DNA of 64,000 nucleotides from Candidatus Saccharimonadota bacterium (lineage in GTDB: Bacteria; Patescibacteriota; Saccharimonadia; Saccharimonadales; JACOTW01), in contig JACOTW010000003.1 of assembly GCA_016178135.1 (NCBI GenBank), positions 472-64,471 on the forward strand, read 5' to 3'. Below are positions 8,519-17,904 of the stretch, piece by piece. The notes below the pieces were generated by a model that was not told the origin of the DNA, searched no databases, and saw only the letters and a program-made list of their open reading frames with translations. The translations under genes and the position numbers were made by a program. Position 1 is the stretch's first letter; every line of letters begins with the position of its first letter.

Positions 8519-10135
8519 ATGGCACGACTTCCCACTCCTGGTTCAGATAATGGTACATGGGGAGACATCCTTAATGGCTACCTCAGATCCTCCCATAATG
8601 AAGATGGTACTCTCAAGTCTGGGGTAGTTGGCGTAGGCCAACTACAAGACAACTCAGTTACCATCGCGAAACTAGACACCAGTACCAAAGCCTCACTAAT
8701 AAAGGCCGACAATGCCCTAAGTACCACAACAGCTGACGCGGATTACCTTAAGAAAATGGATGCTAGTACGACCTATGTTCCGCGGAACATCGACGGTGAG
8801 CTTGAGCTGATTTTGACCGGCAAGAACCGCACGACGTCAGCGGGTGACGAGGCGGTGCTACGCGGCAGTGATGTCGCCTCTGCGGTGCTGGACCTGTCGT
8901 CCAAGACCGGCACGGACGAAGCTCTCGGTTCGGCCTATGAGGCGGTTTCGTTCACCGTCCCTGCCGGTATCACTACGTTTGGTAGCGTGCGGCTGCGGAT
9001 CAAAAAGACCGGCACTATCGCCGACACTGGGACCTACGTGCAGGCAGCACTACACGCGGACAACGCTGGCAAGCCCGGCGCTGCGGTCGGTCTGAACAAC
9101 GCCGTGCAGCGGATCTATGGCGGACAGATCGAGACGACTTACACCGACTGCGAGTTCCTGCTAAGACTGACTGTTGCGACTCCCGGTACCCGTATGTGGG
9201 TTGTGTTGACCGTGGTGGTCAGTGGCGGCGGCACCCTCAGCATGGACAGCACTGTCGGAGTGGCATCGAGTGGCAATCTCGCCGAGAGTGCCGACGCGGT
9301 GACATGGACAAACAAAGACGTAGACGCCTACGTGCAGGTGTACGGGCAGAACGTTGCCGGAATCCAAGGTAACTCGACCAACTATGTAGCAATTCGTGGC
9401 GACTCAACCAACTACTTCGGCGGCTACTTCACTAGCAAACGCGGGACCGGCGTTTACGGCTTCTCGAACAACCACCGGGGTGTCGAGGGCAGTAGCGACC
9501 ATGGCCCGGCTGGGTATTTCGATAGCCGTGGCGGCTACGGTGTCGAGGCGGTTAGCACCAATAGCATCGCCGTCTACGGCAAGGCCGCTGGCGGCGGCGT
9601 GAAGGGTGAGAGTCCGTCGGCCTTCCCGGCGGTTCTGGGTGACAACATACTGAGCGGTCCGGGCGTGCAGGGCAAGACCGTCACGGGCATTGCCGGGCTG
9701 TTCGAGCAGTCGGGGTCTACGACCGCCGCCGTGTTGGTGTCAAAGCTCGGCACGGGCGCGACTGGCAACATGTGGGAGGGTCGCAACAGTGGCAGCACCC
9801 GTCGCGTGTCGTTCGACGTGAACGGGAATCTAAGCTTCGTTAGCAACGGCACGATCACCGCCGAGACTGGCTATCTACTACTCCAATGCTCGCAGACAAC
9901 TCAGGACATCTACTTCGGAGCAACGGGCGACACCGGCACGGTGCAGGCTCGCCGGTCAATAACGATGAGCGACGCGAAGAACCTTATTCTCGGCACTGGG
10001 ACCGGCACGAAAATCGGCACTGCGACGACGCAGAAGCTCGGCTTCTACAACGCGACGCCCATCGTGCAGCAGCCTAGGCCGACGGATGCGGCCAGTATCA
10101 TCACGCTTCTAACTACGCTCGGATTGTGCGCGTGA
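8519..10135 (+). CDS. Putative surface or phage tail-fibre-like protein, mosaic GC content
   Basis: N-term MARLPTPGSDNGTWGDILNGYL; Gly-rich beta-repeat (GVYGFS, GVEGSS, AVYGKA); GC rises sharply after about 8780. Confidence 0.6.
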   Translation: MARLPTPGSDNGTWGDILNGYLRSSHNEDGTLKSGVVGVGQLQDNSVTIAKLDTSTKASLIKADNALSTTTADADYLKKMDASTTYVPRNIDGELELILTGKNRTTSAGDEAVLRGSDVASAVLDLSSKTGTDEALGSAYEAVSFTVPAGITTFGSVRLRIKKTGTIADTGTYVQAALHADNAGKPGAAVGLNNAVQRIYGGQIETTYTDCEFLLRLTVATPGTRMWVVLTVVVSGGGTLSMDSTVGVASSGNLAESADAVTWTNKDVDAYVQVYGQNVAGIQGNSTNYVAIRGDSTNYFGGYFTSKRGTGVYGFSNNHRGVEGSSDHGPAGYFDSRGGYGVEAVSTNSIAVYGKAAGGGVKGESPSAFPAVLGDNILSGPGVQGKTVTGIAGLFEQSGSTTAAVLVSKLGTGATGNMWEGRNSGSTRRVSFDVNGNLSFVSNGTITAETGYLLLQCSQTTQDIYFGATGDTGTVQARRSITMSDAKNLILGTGTGTKIGTATTQKLGFYNATPIVQQPRPTDAASIITLLTTLGLCA

Positions 10136-10263
10136 ACACCGCTGCCCTCCTAGCGCTGATCGCCGAGCTGTACGACCGACTCATGGCATCAGAGGCTCGC
10201 GTCCGCGAGCTGGAAGAAAAACTCGTCGTTCGCTCCCAGGATGCCGACCAAACTAGCAACTAG
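10132..10263 (+). CDS. Small coiled-coil protein (43 aa), overlaps upstream stop
   Basis: GTGA overlap; MNTAALLALIAELYDRLMASEARVRELEEKL; same high-GC codon usage. Confidence 0.5.
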   Translation: MNTAALLALIAELYDRLMASEARVRELEEKLVVRSQDADQTSN

Positions 10264-10372
10264 TCGGCACCTATCCTCACTGTACGTTGCCGGAAAATTC
10301 CCACTAACAATGCGACAAAGCTGACACAAAAGTAGCGACACCCGTATACTTTCGTTTAGGTTACTAAACTAA

Positions 10373-10699
10373 ATGAAAGGAGTGTCGCTAATGCGTACAC
10401 TAACACAGTACGAAGTAGCTTGGAATATGCACCAGGCTGGCTCAACTATTGAGCAAATAACTAAGGTGGTAAGCAAGCACCGGGCCACTGTTTACCGTTG
10501 GTTAAAACAAATCAATCTGGCCGGCATCCGTAAGTTCCTTCGTCGTAAAGAAACCTGCAAGATCCGACGACCCAAAGCCCAAACTCCCGAGACAACCATC
10601 CAGAAGATCGTTGACATCCGTAATGAGTTCGGTTGGTGCGGAGCCAAGATACGCAAAGAACTAAAAGAAAACCACGGCATTAGTCTCGCCCTAAATTAA
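10373..10699 (+). pseudogene. Truncated IS transposase (N-terminal HTH, IS481-like)
   Basis: HTH KHRATVYRWLK, then IVDIRNEFGWCGAKIRKELKENHGISL, ending before any DDE domain. Confidence 0.7.
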
Positions 10700-10906
10700 A
10701 AGGGTCTCACCCTTAACATCACCCTTAACAGGGAAGAATTTTGGTGATTAGTGCCAAATCAGTTAGAAGACAGTCTTCTACAGGAGTCTTTTAGTGTCAT
10801 ATATCAGCTAACTGATACTTTATTGTTTCTGTCTAGGAAACATTATTCATGAGCTAACGAATACTATTTGGGAAAGATTTTATATGAGCTAAGTCGTGTT
10901 GCTGTG

Positions 10907-10931
10907 AAAAAGTGCGAAAGTCCTATATAAT
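10907..10931 (+). repeat. Family B right-end fragment forming TATAAT upstream of KH gene
   Basis: AAAAAGTGCGAAAGTCCTATATAAT. Confidence 0.7.
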
Positions 10932-10966
10932 AGTTTCTACAGCCAGTAATTGAGGAGTATCAAATC

Positions 10967-11374
10967 ATGAATAGTACCATAGACCAACAGTTCATAGAAT
11001 TTATTGTTAAATCACTTGTCAACAAGCCAGATGCTGTAAGTGTTGAGCGTCGTATTGACGAGAAGGGTGTATTGCTTGAACTTACCGTTGATCCTGAAGA
11101 CCTTGGCCGAGTAATCGGAAAGCGCGGGGCGACTGCTCAAAGTCTGCGAACTCTGCTCCGAGCTCTTGGCACCAAGAATGACGCACGTTACAACCTAAAA
11201 ATTGTTGATAATGGTGAACAACCCGTAGCAACATTACCATCTGATCAAGGTACGCCATCCCCCGTGAGCAATAATGATGAAGACGTGGATGTTGCTGAAG
11301 ATGATACAGATCAAAACAGTGTTGTAAGTAAAACCCGAAAAGAACTTGATGATCTGGACGACTTAGATATATAA
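10967..11374 (+). CDS. khpA: KH-domain RNA-binding protein (KhpA/YlqC)
   Basis: IVKSLVNKPDAV...DLGRVIGKRGATAQSLRTLL; rpsP-KH-trmD synteny. Confidence 0.88.
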   Translation: MNSTIDQQFIEFIVKSLVNKPDAVSVERRIDEKGVLLELTVDPEDLGRVIGKRGATAQSLRTLLRALGTKNDARYNLKIVDNGEQPVATLPSDQGTPSPVSNNDEDVDVAEDDTDQNSVVSKTRKELDDLDDLDI

Positions 11375-11376
11375 TA

Positions 11377-11535
11377 GGACTTACGCACTTTTTCACACCA
11401 CCCCAGACCAATCCTACAGGGCTGTAAACTGTTTATCTACTGTCAGTGTAGCTATGGTTGCCACTCCAGAAGCTCAACAGTTTTCGCTCCAAGTAGGATT
11501 ACTCTGGAATTGGCGACAAAGTACAAATAGTTACT
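11377..11535. repeat. Family B element (degenerate right end)
   Basis: GGACTTACGCACTTTT...GTAGCTATGGTTGC...GGCGACAAAGT. Confidence 0.8.
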
Positions 11536-11619
11536 ACATTATCAGCCGCAACCTTCGGTTAAAAAACAAAAATAGTATGGGCTCATGCGAGCGATTCGTA
11601 AGAATCGGAGCCTTATGTG

Positions 11620-11656
11620 ACACAAAAACCCTGGTAACTCCAGGGTTTTTGTGTTT
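11620..11656 (+). terminator. Terminator-like hairpin just upstream of trmD
   Basis: ACACAAAAACCCTGG-TAACT-CCAGGGTTTTTGTGT-TTT. Confidence 0.6.
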
Positions 11657-11668
11657 TAATAGACCCTT

Positions 11669-12313
11669 ATGAAGATTCAGATCATCTCTTTGTTTCCAGA
11701 GATATTTAAACCAATTTTGAGTACTAGTATGCTTCGGAAAGCTCAGCAAAAGGGTCTAGTTGAGTTTTCTTATATTGATTTGCGGGATTACGGGATCGGA
11801 CCACGAAAAACCGTTGATGATACGCCTTACGGTGGTGGCGATGGCATGTTACTAATGATAGAACCCCTTGTCGGTGCGATTGAGGCGGCTAGGGTCAACG
11901 ACCCTGACGCTATGGTCATCTTACCTACTCCACGTGGCAAATTGTATAAGCAGTCTGATGCCAAGCGACTTGCTGCTAATGAAAAAGGCTTAATACTGGT
12001 TTGTCCCCGTTACGAAGGCTACGACGAGCGAGTTACTAATTGGGTTGACCAGCAATATTGCATAGGCAATTACATTCTAACTGGTGGTGAATTGCCGGCC
12101 ATGATAATCATTGATAGCGTGGTTCGTTTAATTCCTGGTGTACTGGGGGGAGAGTTTTCGGCTGAAGTTGAGTCTTTCCAGCAAGACGATAAAAGTATTG
12201 AATTTCCACAGTACACCCGCCCAGAGGATTTCAAGGGCATGAAGGTACCGAAAATCTTACTAAGCGGAAATCATACAAATATTCAGCAATGGCGGGACAA
12301 GCACGGAGTTTAA
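11669..12313 (+). CDS. trmD: tRNA (guanine-N1)-methyltransferase
   Basis: VDDTPYGGGDGM, RYEGYDER, YILTGGELPA, EFPQYTRP. Confidence 0.97.
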   Translation: MKIQIISLFPEIFKPILSTSMLRKAQQKGLVEFSYIDLRDYGIGPRKTVDDTPYGGGDGMLLMIEPLVGAIEAARVNDPDAMVILPTPRGKLYKQSDAKRLAANEKGLILVCPRYEGYDERVTNWVDQQYCIGNYILTGGELPAMIIIDSVVRLIPGVLGGEFSAEVESFQQDDKSIEFPQYTRPEDFKGMKVPKILLSGNHTNIQQWRDKHGV

Positions 12314-12314
12314 C

Positions 12315-12941
12315 ATGGGAGAAGTTATACAATTGCCACAACGACATGCGACCACCAAAGAATGGGGGGCTATCCAAGATGGTGCGAACATGGTTACTGA
12401 TTATCTCGAAGAACCCCGGATACAGTTAGTCTTGCCAAGTTCGGGGTATTCTATGCGACGTGTCAATGATATTGACGATCAACTTTATGCGCCAGGGCGT
12501 GAGGGAGTCAAGGATTTCGCCACGGGCTTTAGGGAGGTTATACGATTAGATCGTGATATATCTGTACGATCAGGAGTTGCATACGGCGCGTATTATGCGG
12601 GGAAATTGGTCCTGCCGAATGTTCTTATGCCTTTTGATCAGCCAAATGAGGAATTTGAAAATTTAGTGAAGGTTGTTTCACGGCAATGTCCAGAACCTGA
12701 CTTTCCGGTAATCGCCGAGGCTATAACAACAAGAGCGGCAGCAACACTTACCTTGCTGGCATTGTGGAGTAAGTTTAAATTCTCACAAGACGAACGCTCC
12801 TCATTAACGGGTCGTATATTGGCAGGCAAATTTCCTCCGGCAGAGCCAAACATAGCATCTGCTTTTAAGAATCGCCTGCCCGAAACAAAACTATTGCCTT
12901 TATTGAAAAAACCAATTCCTACTCGTCTCAATAGAGTATAA
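12315..12941 (+). CDS. Hypothetical protein
   Basis: 208-aa ORF directly after trmD; no recognised motif. Confidence 0.55.
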   Translation: MGEVIQLPQRHATTKEWGAIQDGANMVTDYLEEPRIQLVLPSSGYSMRRVNDIDDQLYAPGREGVKDFATGFREVIRLDRDISVRSGVAYGAYYAGKLVLPNVLMPFDQPNEEFENLVKVVSRQCPEPDFPVIAEAITTRAAATLTLLALWSKFKFSQDERSSLTGRILAGKFPPAEPNIASAFKNRLPETKLLPLLKKPIPTRLNRV

Positions 12942-12951
12942 TGATACTGTA

Positions 12952-13110
12952 CTGGACCTGTCGCAAAATCGCCCGTTCCCAGGGCAAATCAGCTCTAGTT
13001 TATAGTGGTTTGACTGAAGGAGAGGTAGCTTTAGCTACATCGAGAGAAGACAGACCGCTACCAGCCGAGATTAATTGGTCTGGGGATGGGGGAGCTTTGG
13101 GTAAGTCCAG
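12952..13110. repeat. Family A element (159 bp), TGTA duplication
   Basis: A termini; TGTA on both flanks; followed by a family B right half (about 13115-13172). Confidence 0.95.
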
Positions 13111-13187
13111 TGTAAGCTTAACAATTTTCGCTTCAAGCAGAATTACTCTGGAATTGGCGACAAAGTGTGAAGATAAAAGGGGGTAGC

Positions 13188-13577
13188 ATGTTTAGAATCA
13201 AACCGGTTTACGCGCATTGTGATTTGCCGTGCGGTGTTTATGATCCGGCGCAGGCTCGAATTGAGGCGCAGAGTGTATTGGCAATTCAGGAAAAATACGA
13301 AGGGTTGGATGCAGATAATAAAACGCGCGCTATAATTATCAAAGAACAGCGTGCCGAACTTGTCAAACATCATTTGTGGGTTTTATGGACTGATTATTTC
13401 AAGCCGGAGCATTTGGGTAAATATCCAGATCTACACGATAAATTTTGGAAAGCTACTAAGCAAGCCGGGGAATGTAAGCATCACAATGAACCGGTCGAGG
13501 GTAAAAAACTTTTGGAGATGATTGATGAAATTGCCGAAATTTTTTGGGCAACCAAAAAAACCGTTAATCATACGTAG
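13188..13577 (+). CDS. sodN: Nickel superoxide dismutase precursor
   Basis: Ni-hook HCDLPCGVYDP after a short propeptide; VKHHLWVLWTDYFK. Confidence 0.95.
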   Translation: MFRIKPVYAHCDLPCGVYDPAQARIEAQSVLAIQEKYEGLDADNKTRAIIIKEQRAELVKHHLWVLWTDYFKPEHLGKYPDLHDKFWKATKQAGECKHHNEPVEGKKLLEMIDEIAEIFWATKKTVNHT

Positions 13578-13851
13578 AGTGCATGGTCACAGTATGATTC
13601 CCGTCCTGCCTCCAGATACTCTGGTATGGGGGTGGATGTGGTTTAGGAGCCTAAAAACTGGCGATGTTGTGATGTTTGAACACGCCAATAAAGAAAAAAT
13701 TAAACGTATAGATCACTTTGAGGACGATAAACTGTACTTACTTGGCGATCACTTAGAAACTAGTACTGATAGCCGGCATTTTGGCTTGCTTGACAGAAGC
13801 GCGGTAAAAGCTAAAATATTTTGGCCACGTGTGGGACCGATCAACCGTTAG
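13522..13851 (+). CDS. sodX: Ni-SOD maturation peptidase (S26 family)
   Basis: RVHGHSMIPVL, IKRI, LGD...STDSRHFG; adjacent to sodN. Confidence 0.85.
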   Translation: MMKLPKFFGQPKKPLIIRRVHGHSMIPVLPPDTLVWGWMWFRSLKTGDVVMFEHANKEKIKRIDHFEDDKLYLLGDHLETSTDSRHFGLLDRSAVKAKIFWPRVGPINR

Positions 13852-13856
13852 TTTTG

Positions 13857-14014
13857 TTCGACTTACCCAAAGCTCCCCCATCCCCAGACCAACTAATCTC
13901 AAGCGGTAGCGGTCTGCCTTCTCTCGATGTAGCTATGGCTACCTCTCCTTCAGTCAAACCACTATCAGCTCGAGCTGATTTGCCTTGGGAGCGGATGATT
14001 TTGTGTTAGTCCAG
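13857..14014. repeat. Family A element (158 bp) supplying the stop codon of the NDH-2 gene
   Basis: TTCGACTTACCCAAA...TGTGTTAGTCCAG; flanks TTTG/TTTA. Confidence 0.93.
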
Positions 14015-15229
14015 TTTAGTGTCTAGAAATACAGAATTTGCTAGATTATCAGCACATTGAGGACAACTTTCTTCCTCGTCATCTTCCGATAGCCAACGCT
14101 TAGTGGCGATAAGCCAGGGTTGAAAGTCATGATAAGCGATGAGATCAGCCAACCGCCGTAAAATCCAGCCAATTTTTCCATAAAGTCTAATATTTCCCCA
14201 GAGAACAGCGGCCCAATACTTGCCTACCGGAGTTATATAAATAGGTTTTTTGGCCACATAAGGCAGGGGTAATTTTTTGTCGGCTAGTCGTATTAAATTG
14301 TTGGTAACTGTTACGGCATCGTGCAGGGCGGTTTGTGCCATACCGGAATATGGAGTGTCGGCGCTATCACCTATCACATAGATACCTGGCTCGGCTTGCA
14401 AATATTGGTCAACACGAACCTTTTTATTGCTCGCTAGCTGAAACTGATTTTCGGTAAAGAATGGATTGTTGGCTACGCCAGCGGTCCAAATGACCGTGTG
14501 GCTACGGATGGGTTTACTATTGATTATTAACGAATCTATGGTTTGGGCTTGAGCAGGTGTTTTGAGGTATAGTTTGATGCCGAGTTTGCGGAGTCGCCGC
14601 GTAACCTTGGCAGACAAATCCTTTGGCAGGTTTGGCAATAGTCTTGGCGCGGCCTCGACAAGGTCAATATGAAATTCTCGAGGCTTCAGGCCATGCCTTA
14701 TGCATATTTGCTTTAAATAGGCTGGTAAAGCGCCGGCTAGTTCTACACCAGTTGGTCCGCCGCCAATAATTACGTAACTAAGATCTGGTCGGTGGTCATC
14801 GAACAATTGTTTGTGTAGATGATTTTTTATCTCCTCTGCCTCCTCTAACGATTTCATACTATAGGATAGTTCGCTAAGTCCATTGATTCCGAAATAATTT
14901 GTTACCAATCCGATGCTTAAAATCAAAGCATCATATGAAAAGATTTGTCCGTTTTTTGTTTTCAGGCTATGGATTTTTCGGTCAATCAATACGACTTTAT
15001 CGCGAACAATAGTGATGCGTTTTTCATTGAATACTTCCGCAAGCGGAATACTAGAAATTTTGCGCTTACCACCAGTAGCTGTGCGATAAAGAGCTGGATG
15101 GAAGTCAAAACTATCGCTATCGCTGATTAGGGTTATGTGAAAGCGACCATCTTCCGCAAGGCGCAGAGCGGATTTTACTCCGCCAAAACCTCCCCCAACT
15201 ATTACTATTTGATGTTTTTTACTGTTCAT
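14006..15229 (-). CDS. ndh: Type II NADH dehydrogenase-like FAD oxidoreductase
   Basis: IVIVGGGFGG and VIIGGGPTGVELAG; start placed at MNSKKHQ. Confidence 0.85.
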   Translation of the reverse strand: MNSKKHQIVIVGGGFGGVKSALRLAEDGRFHITLISDSDSFDFHPALYRTATGGKRKISSIPLAEVFNEKRITIVRDKVVLIDRKIHSLKTKNGQIFSYDALILSIGLVTNYFGINGLSELSYSMKSLEEAEEIKNHLHKQLFDDHRPDLSYVIIGGGPTGVELAGALPAYLKQICIRHGLKPREFHIDLVEAAPRLLPNLPKDLSAKVTRRLRKLGIKLYLKTPAQAQTIDSLIINSKPIRSHTVIWTAGVANNPFFTENQFQLASNKKVRVDQYLQAEPGIYVIGDSADTPYSGMAQTALHDAVTVTNNLIRLADKKLPLPYVAKKPIYITPVGKYWAAVLWGNIRLYGKIGWILRRLADLIAYHDFQPWLIATKRWLSEDDEEESCPQCADNLANSVFLDTKLD

Positions 15230-15296
15230 GATGCTTGTGGTTGATATATGATAAGTGTACAGGTTTGGTCTATGTTTTGCCAGCTTCTGTATGTAA

Positions 15297-16196
15297 TTGG
15301 CATATAGTCCCCGCAAAACAAATTCGTGGGTTTTTGAAGCAATGATCTTTGAGCCAAAAACTGACTTTTCCGAGAGAGACATATCCTTAGATACGTTGAA
15401 CGAGGAAAGGCGGTTTTGGGCCAAAGAGGGTGATTCGAAAAGGCGATATAATAACGCAAACGACTCCATTATGCGCGTCAGAAGTGTTAATTATGATGAT
15501 GGCCAGCCAAATGGTTTTATAGTTGAAATAATGCTTGAAAAGCAAGGTCAATCGTCACCAAAGTCAGAGGTGATTATTAATACTGGACATAGCGGACATA
15601 TTTTATTCAATGATATGAATAATCTGTTCGCAGCTAGGGAAATAGCTCGAGACTTATGGCTTGGCAATGGTTCTGAAATTGACCCTGAAATTAGCGACAT
15701 GGCTAGTTATTTATTGGTAGGTATTAACGATATCTTAAACGATCCTAAGATGGCATATGCTACAGATAAAAAGATTGATAATTACGAATATTTGGCAGAT
15801 TGTGCTATGCAATTAATGAATAATGAAGATCGTCCATCGCTTACAATATTATCTATCGAATACGTAAAGAAATTGTCAAACGGCGACATAATCACAATTA
15901 ACAAAAGCGAGGTTCTAGAGGACTATATGGAGCCGGACGACACTAATGACACTAATGACCGACCTGCATACCAGATTAGTTTAATTAAACATCTACATAA
16001 AACAAGGTATGATTACATGAAAAATATGGCTGGTAAGCGCTTGTTGTATGTAACAGGTACTGAACCTGTGAATTGGGGGGAAGATTTGTTCGAAAGCGGT
16101 GTTGCTGACACGGTATTATCTGATTTATATGATCCTACCCCAAGAACTCATGACGTTATGATGTTGTTGGGTGCCCTAAATGAGGTGTCGCTGTAG
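15297..16196 (+). CDS. Hypothetical protein carrying a family D repeat at the N-terminus
   Basis: 299-aa acidic ORF; the N-terminal ~47 residues come from the repeat shared with hicB. Confidence 0.6.
   Translation: MAYSPRKTNSWVFEAMIFEPKTDFSERDISLDTLNEERRFWAKEGDSKRRYNNANDSIMRVRSVNYDDGQPNGFIVEIMLEKQGQSSPKSEVIINTGHSGHILFNDMNNLFAAREIARDLWLGNGSEIDPEISDMASYLLVGINDILNDPKMAYATDKKIDNYEYLADCAMQLMNNEDRPSLTILSIEYVKKLSNGDIITINKSEVLEDYMEPDDTNDTNDRPAYQISLIKHLHKTRYDYMKNMAGKRLLYVTGTEPVNWGEDLFESGVADTVLSDLYDPTPRTHDVMMLLGALNEVSL
15303..15442. repeat. Family D repeat copy 1 (140 bp)
   Basis: One mismatch to 60055-60194; internal IR CTTTGAGCCAAAAACT / GGTTTTGGGCCAAAG. Confidence 0.92.
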
Positions 16197-16240
16197 ATAT
16201 TATCGTTAATCTTCTGCCACCATGTTAAAATATTCATAAC

Positions 16241-17893
16241 ATGTCAAATATAAAAATTAAGCTAACGAAAATTCTTGATGGAGATGTATATGAAAATCGT
16301 CGAATACGGGACGATTATAGTCATGATGCCAGTATGTTTGAGCTTTTGCCCGACCTAGTAATTGCCCCAAAAACCAGTCAAGATATTAAAAATCTGGTTA
16401 AGTTTGTGTCTACGCATAAACCAGAACTGCCCGAATTATCCATAACTGCACGAGGTGCCGGTACGGACATGAGCGGCGGCGCCATCAATAACTCGATAAT
16501 TATCGATATGAAAAAATATTTTAATAACATAGGTGAAGTTACATACGAAACAGCTCAAGTCCAGCCCGGCGTTTACTATCGTGATTTTGAATCCGAAACG
16601 CTCAAATACGGCGCACTTTTGCCACCATTTCCAGCTAGCCGTGATTTGTGTACCGTTGGTGGCATGGTTGCTAATAATTCTGGTGGTGAAAAATCTTTGC
16701 AATATGGTAAAACCGAAAAATTCGTACTTGAACTAAAAGTAATTTTTGCTGACGGCAATGAATATATAGTAAAGCCTATTTCCGAGCCCGAACTACGTAA
16801 AAAAATGCTTCAACAGGATTTTGAAGGCAAGATTTATCGTGATATTTTTCAAATAGTGGATGACAATTATGACGCGATAAAAGCCGCTAGACCAAAAGTT
16901 AGCAAAGACTCCACAGGTTATCATTTATGGAATGTATGGGATAGAAAAACGGGTGTTTTTGACTTGAATCAATTAATAATCGGTTCGCAAGGTACATTGG
17001 GTATAGTGACGGATATAAAATTCCGGCTAGTGCCAGCACCTAAAAACTCTGGTACTTTAGTAGTTTTTTTAAGGGATATTGATCAGCTAGGCGATATTAT
17101 TAATCGGGTCATGAAGTATCAGCCGGCAGCTTTCGAGGGTTTTGATAATTACACCTTAATGCTTAGCTTCGTGCTGTTTTACTATTTCAATAAAACATTA
17201 GGCTGGTGGGGCACTATTAAGCTTGGCATTCAATTGATACCTGATGCATTGAAGCTGTTTAGGGGCATTCCAAAAATGGTTTTACTTATTGAATTTAATG
17301 GCGATACTCGGGAAGAGGTTGCGGCCAAAGTTCGAGCCTGCCATAAGGGGCTTGGTAAATATGGTAAAAAAGCCATGTTTGAAGAAGATAATACTGCTGC
17401 CAAGGCTCGAAAATTCTGGATAATGCGCCGCGAGAGTTTTAATTTGCTGCGCCAAAAAGTCAAAGACAAGCACACGGCACCGTTCATAGATGATCTGGTG
17501 GTTAATCCTGAACATTTACCGCGTTTTTTGCCTGAATTGCGAGCAATTTTAAAGCGTTATAAATTATTAGCTACGATTGCCGGGCATATGGGCGACGGTA
17601 ATTTTCATGTTATTCCACTAATGAAAATTGAAGATACAATGGAGCGCATTAAGATAGTACCAGCCATGCGTGAAGTTAATGAACTGGTCCTAAAATATGG
17701 CGGTAGTTTAAGCGGTGAACACAATGATGGCATGACTAGGGGGCCATGGCTAAATCAGATGTATGGACCTACGGTAATGGGCTATTTCGTTGCCGTCAAA
17801 CAAATTTTTGATCCACAAAATATTTTTAATCCACACAAAAAAACTGATGCTGATTGGGATTACAGTGCATCTAAAATCCGAAGTCATTTTTAA
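16241..17893 (+). CDS. FAD-linked oxidase (GlcD / D-lactate dehydrogenase-like)
   Basis: TARGAGTDMSG, GSQGTLGIVT, GHMGDGNFH, GGSLSGEHNDG, FDPQNIFNP. Confidence 0.9.
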   Translation: MSNIKIKLTKILDGDVYENRRIRDDYSHDASMFELLPDLVIAPKTSQDIKNLVKFVSTHKPELPELSITARGAGTDMSGGAINNSIIIDMKKYFNNIGEVTYETAQVQPGVYYRDFESETLKYGALLPPFPASRDLCTVGGMVANNSGGEKSLQYGKTEKFVLELKVIFADGNEYIVKPISEPELRKKMLQQDFEGKIYRDIFQIVDDNYDAIKAARPKVSKDSTGYHLWNVWDRKTGVFDLNQLIIGSQGTLGIVTDIKFRLVPAPKNSGTLVVFLRDIDQLGDIINRVMKYQPAAFEGFDNYTLMLSFVLFYYFNKTLGWWGTIKLGIQLIPDALKLFRGIPKMVLLIEFNGDTREEVAAKVRACHKGLGKYGKKAMFEEDNTAAKARKFWIMRRESFNLLRQKVKDKHTAPFIDDLVVNPEHLPRFLPELRAILKRYKLLATIAGHMGDGNFHVIPLMKIEDTMERIKIVPAMREVNELVLKYGGSLSGEHNDGMTRGPWLNQMYGPTVMGYFVAVKQIFDPQNIFNPHKKTDADWDYSASKIRSHF

Positions 17894-17904
17894 TTATTTA
17901 CGTA

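Noticed and set aside
10373-10699. Truncated transposase as the mobiliser of families A-D
   Set aside because: It lacks a catalytic domain and I see no convincing match between its flanks and the element termini
15230-15469. N-terminal extension of the NDH-2 ORF and ORFs 15226-15459 and 59978-60289
   Set aside because: These are antisense reads of the family D repeat; the Rossmann motif begins just after Met at 15229
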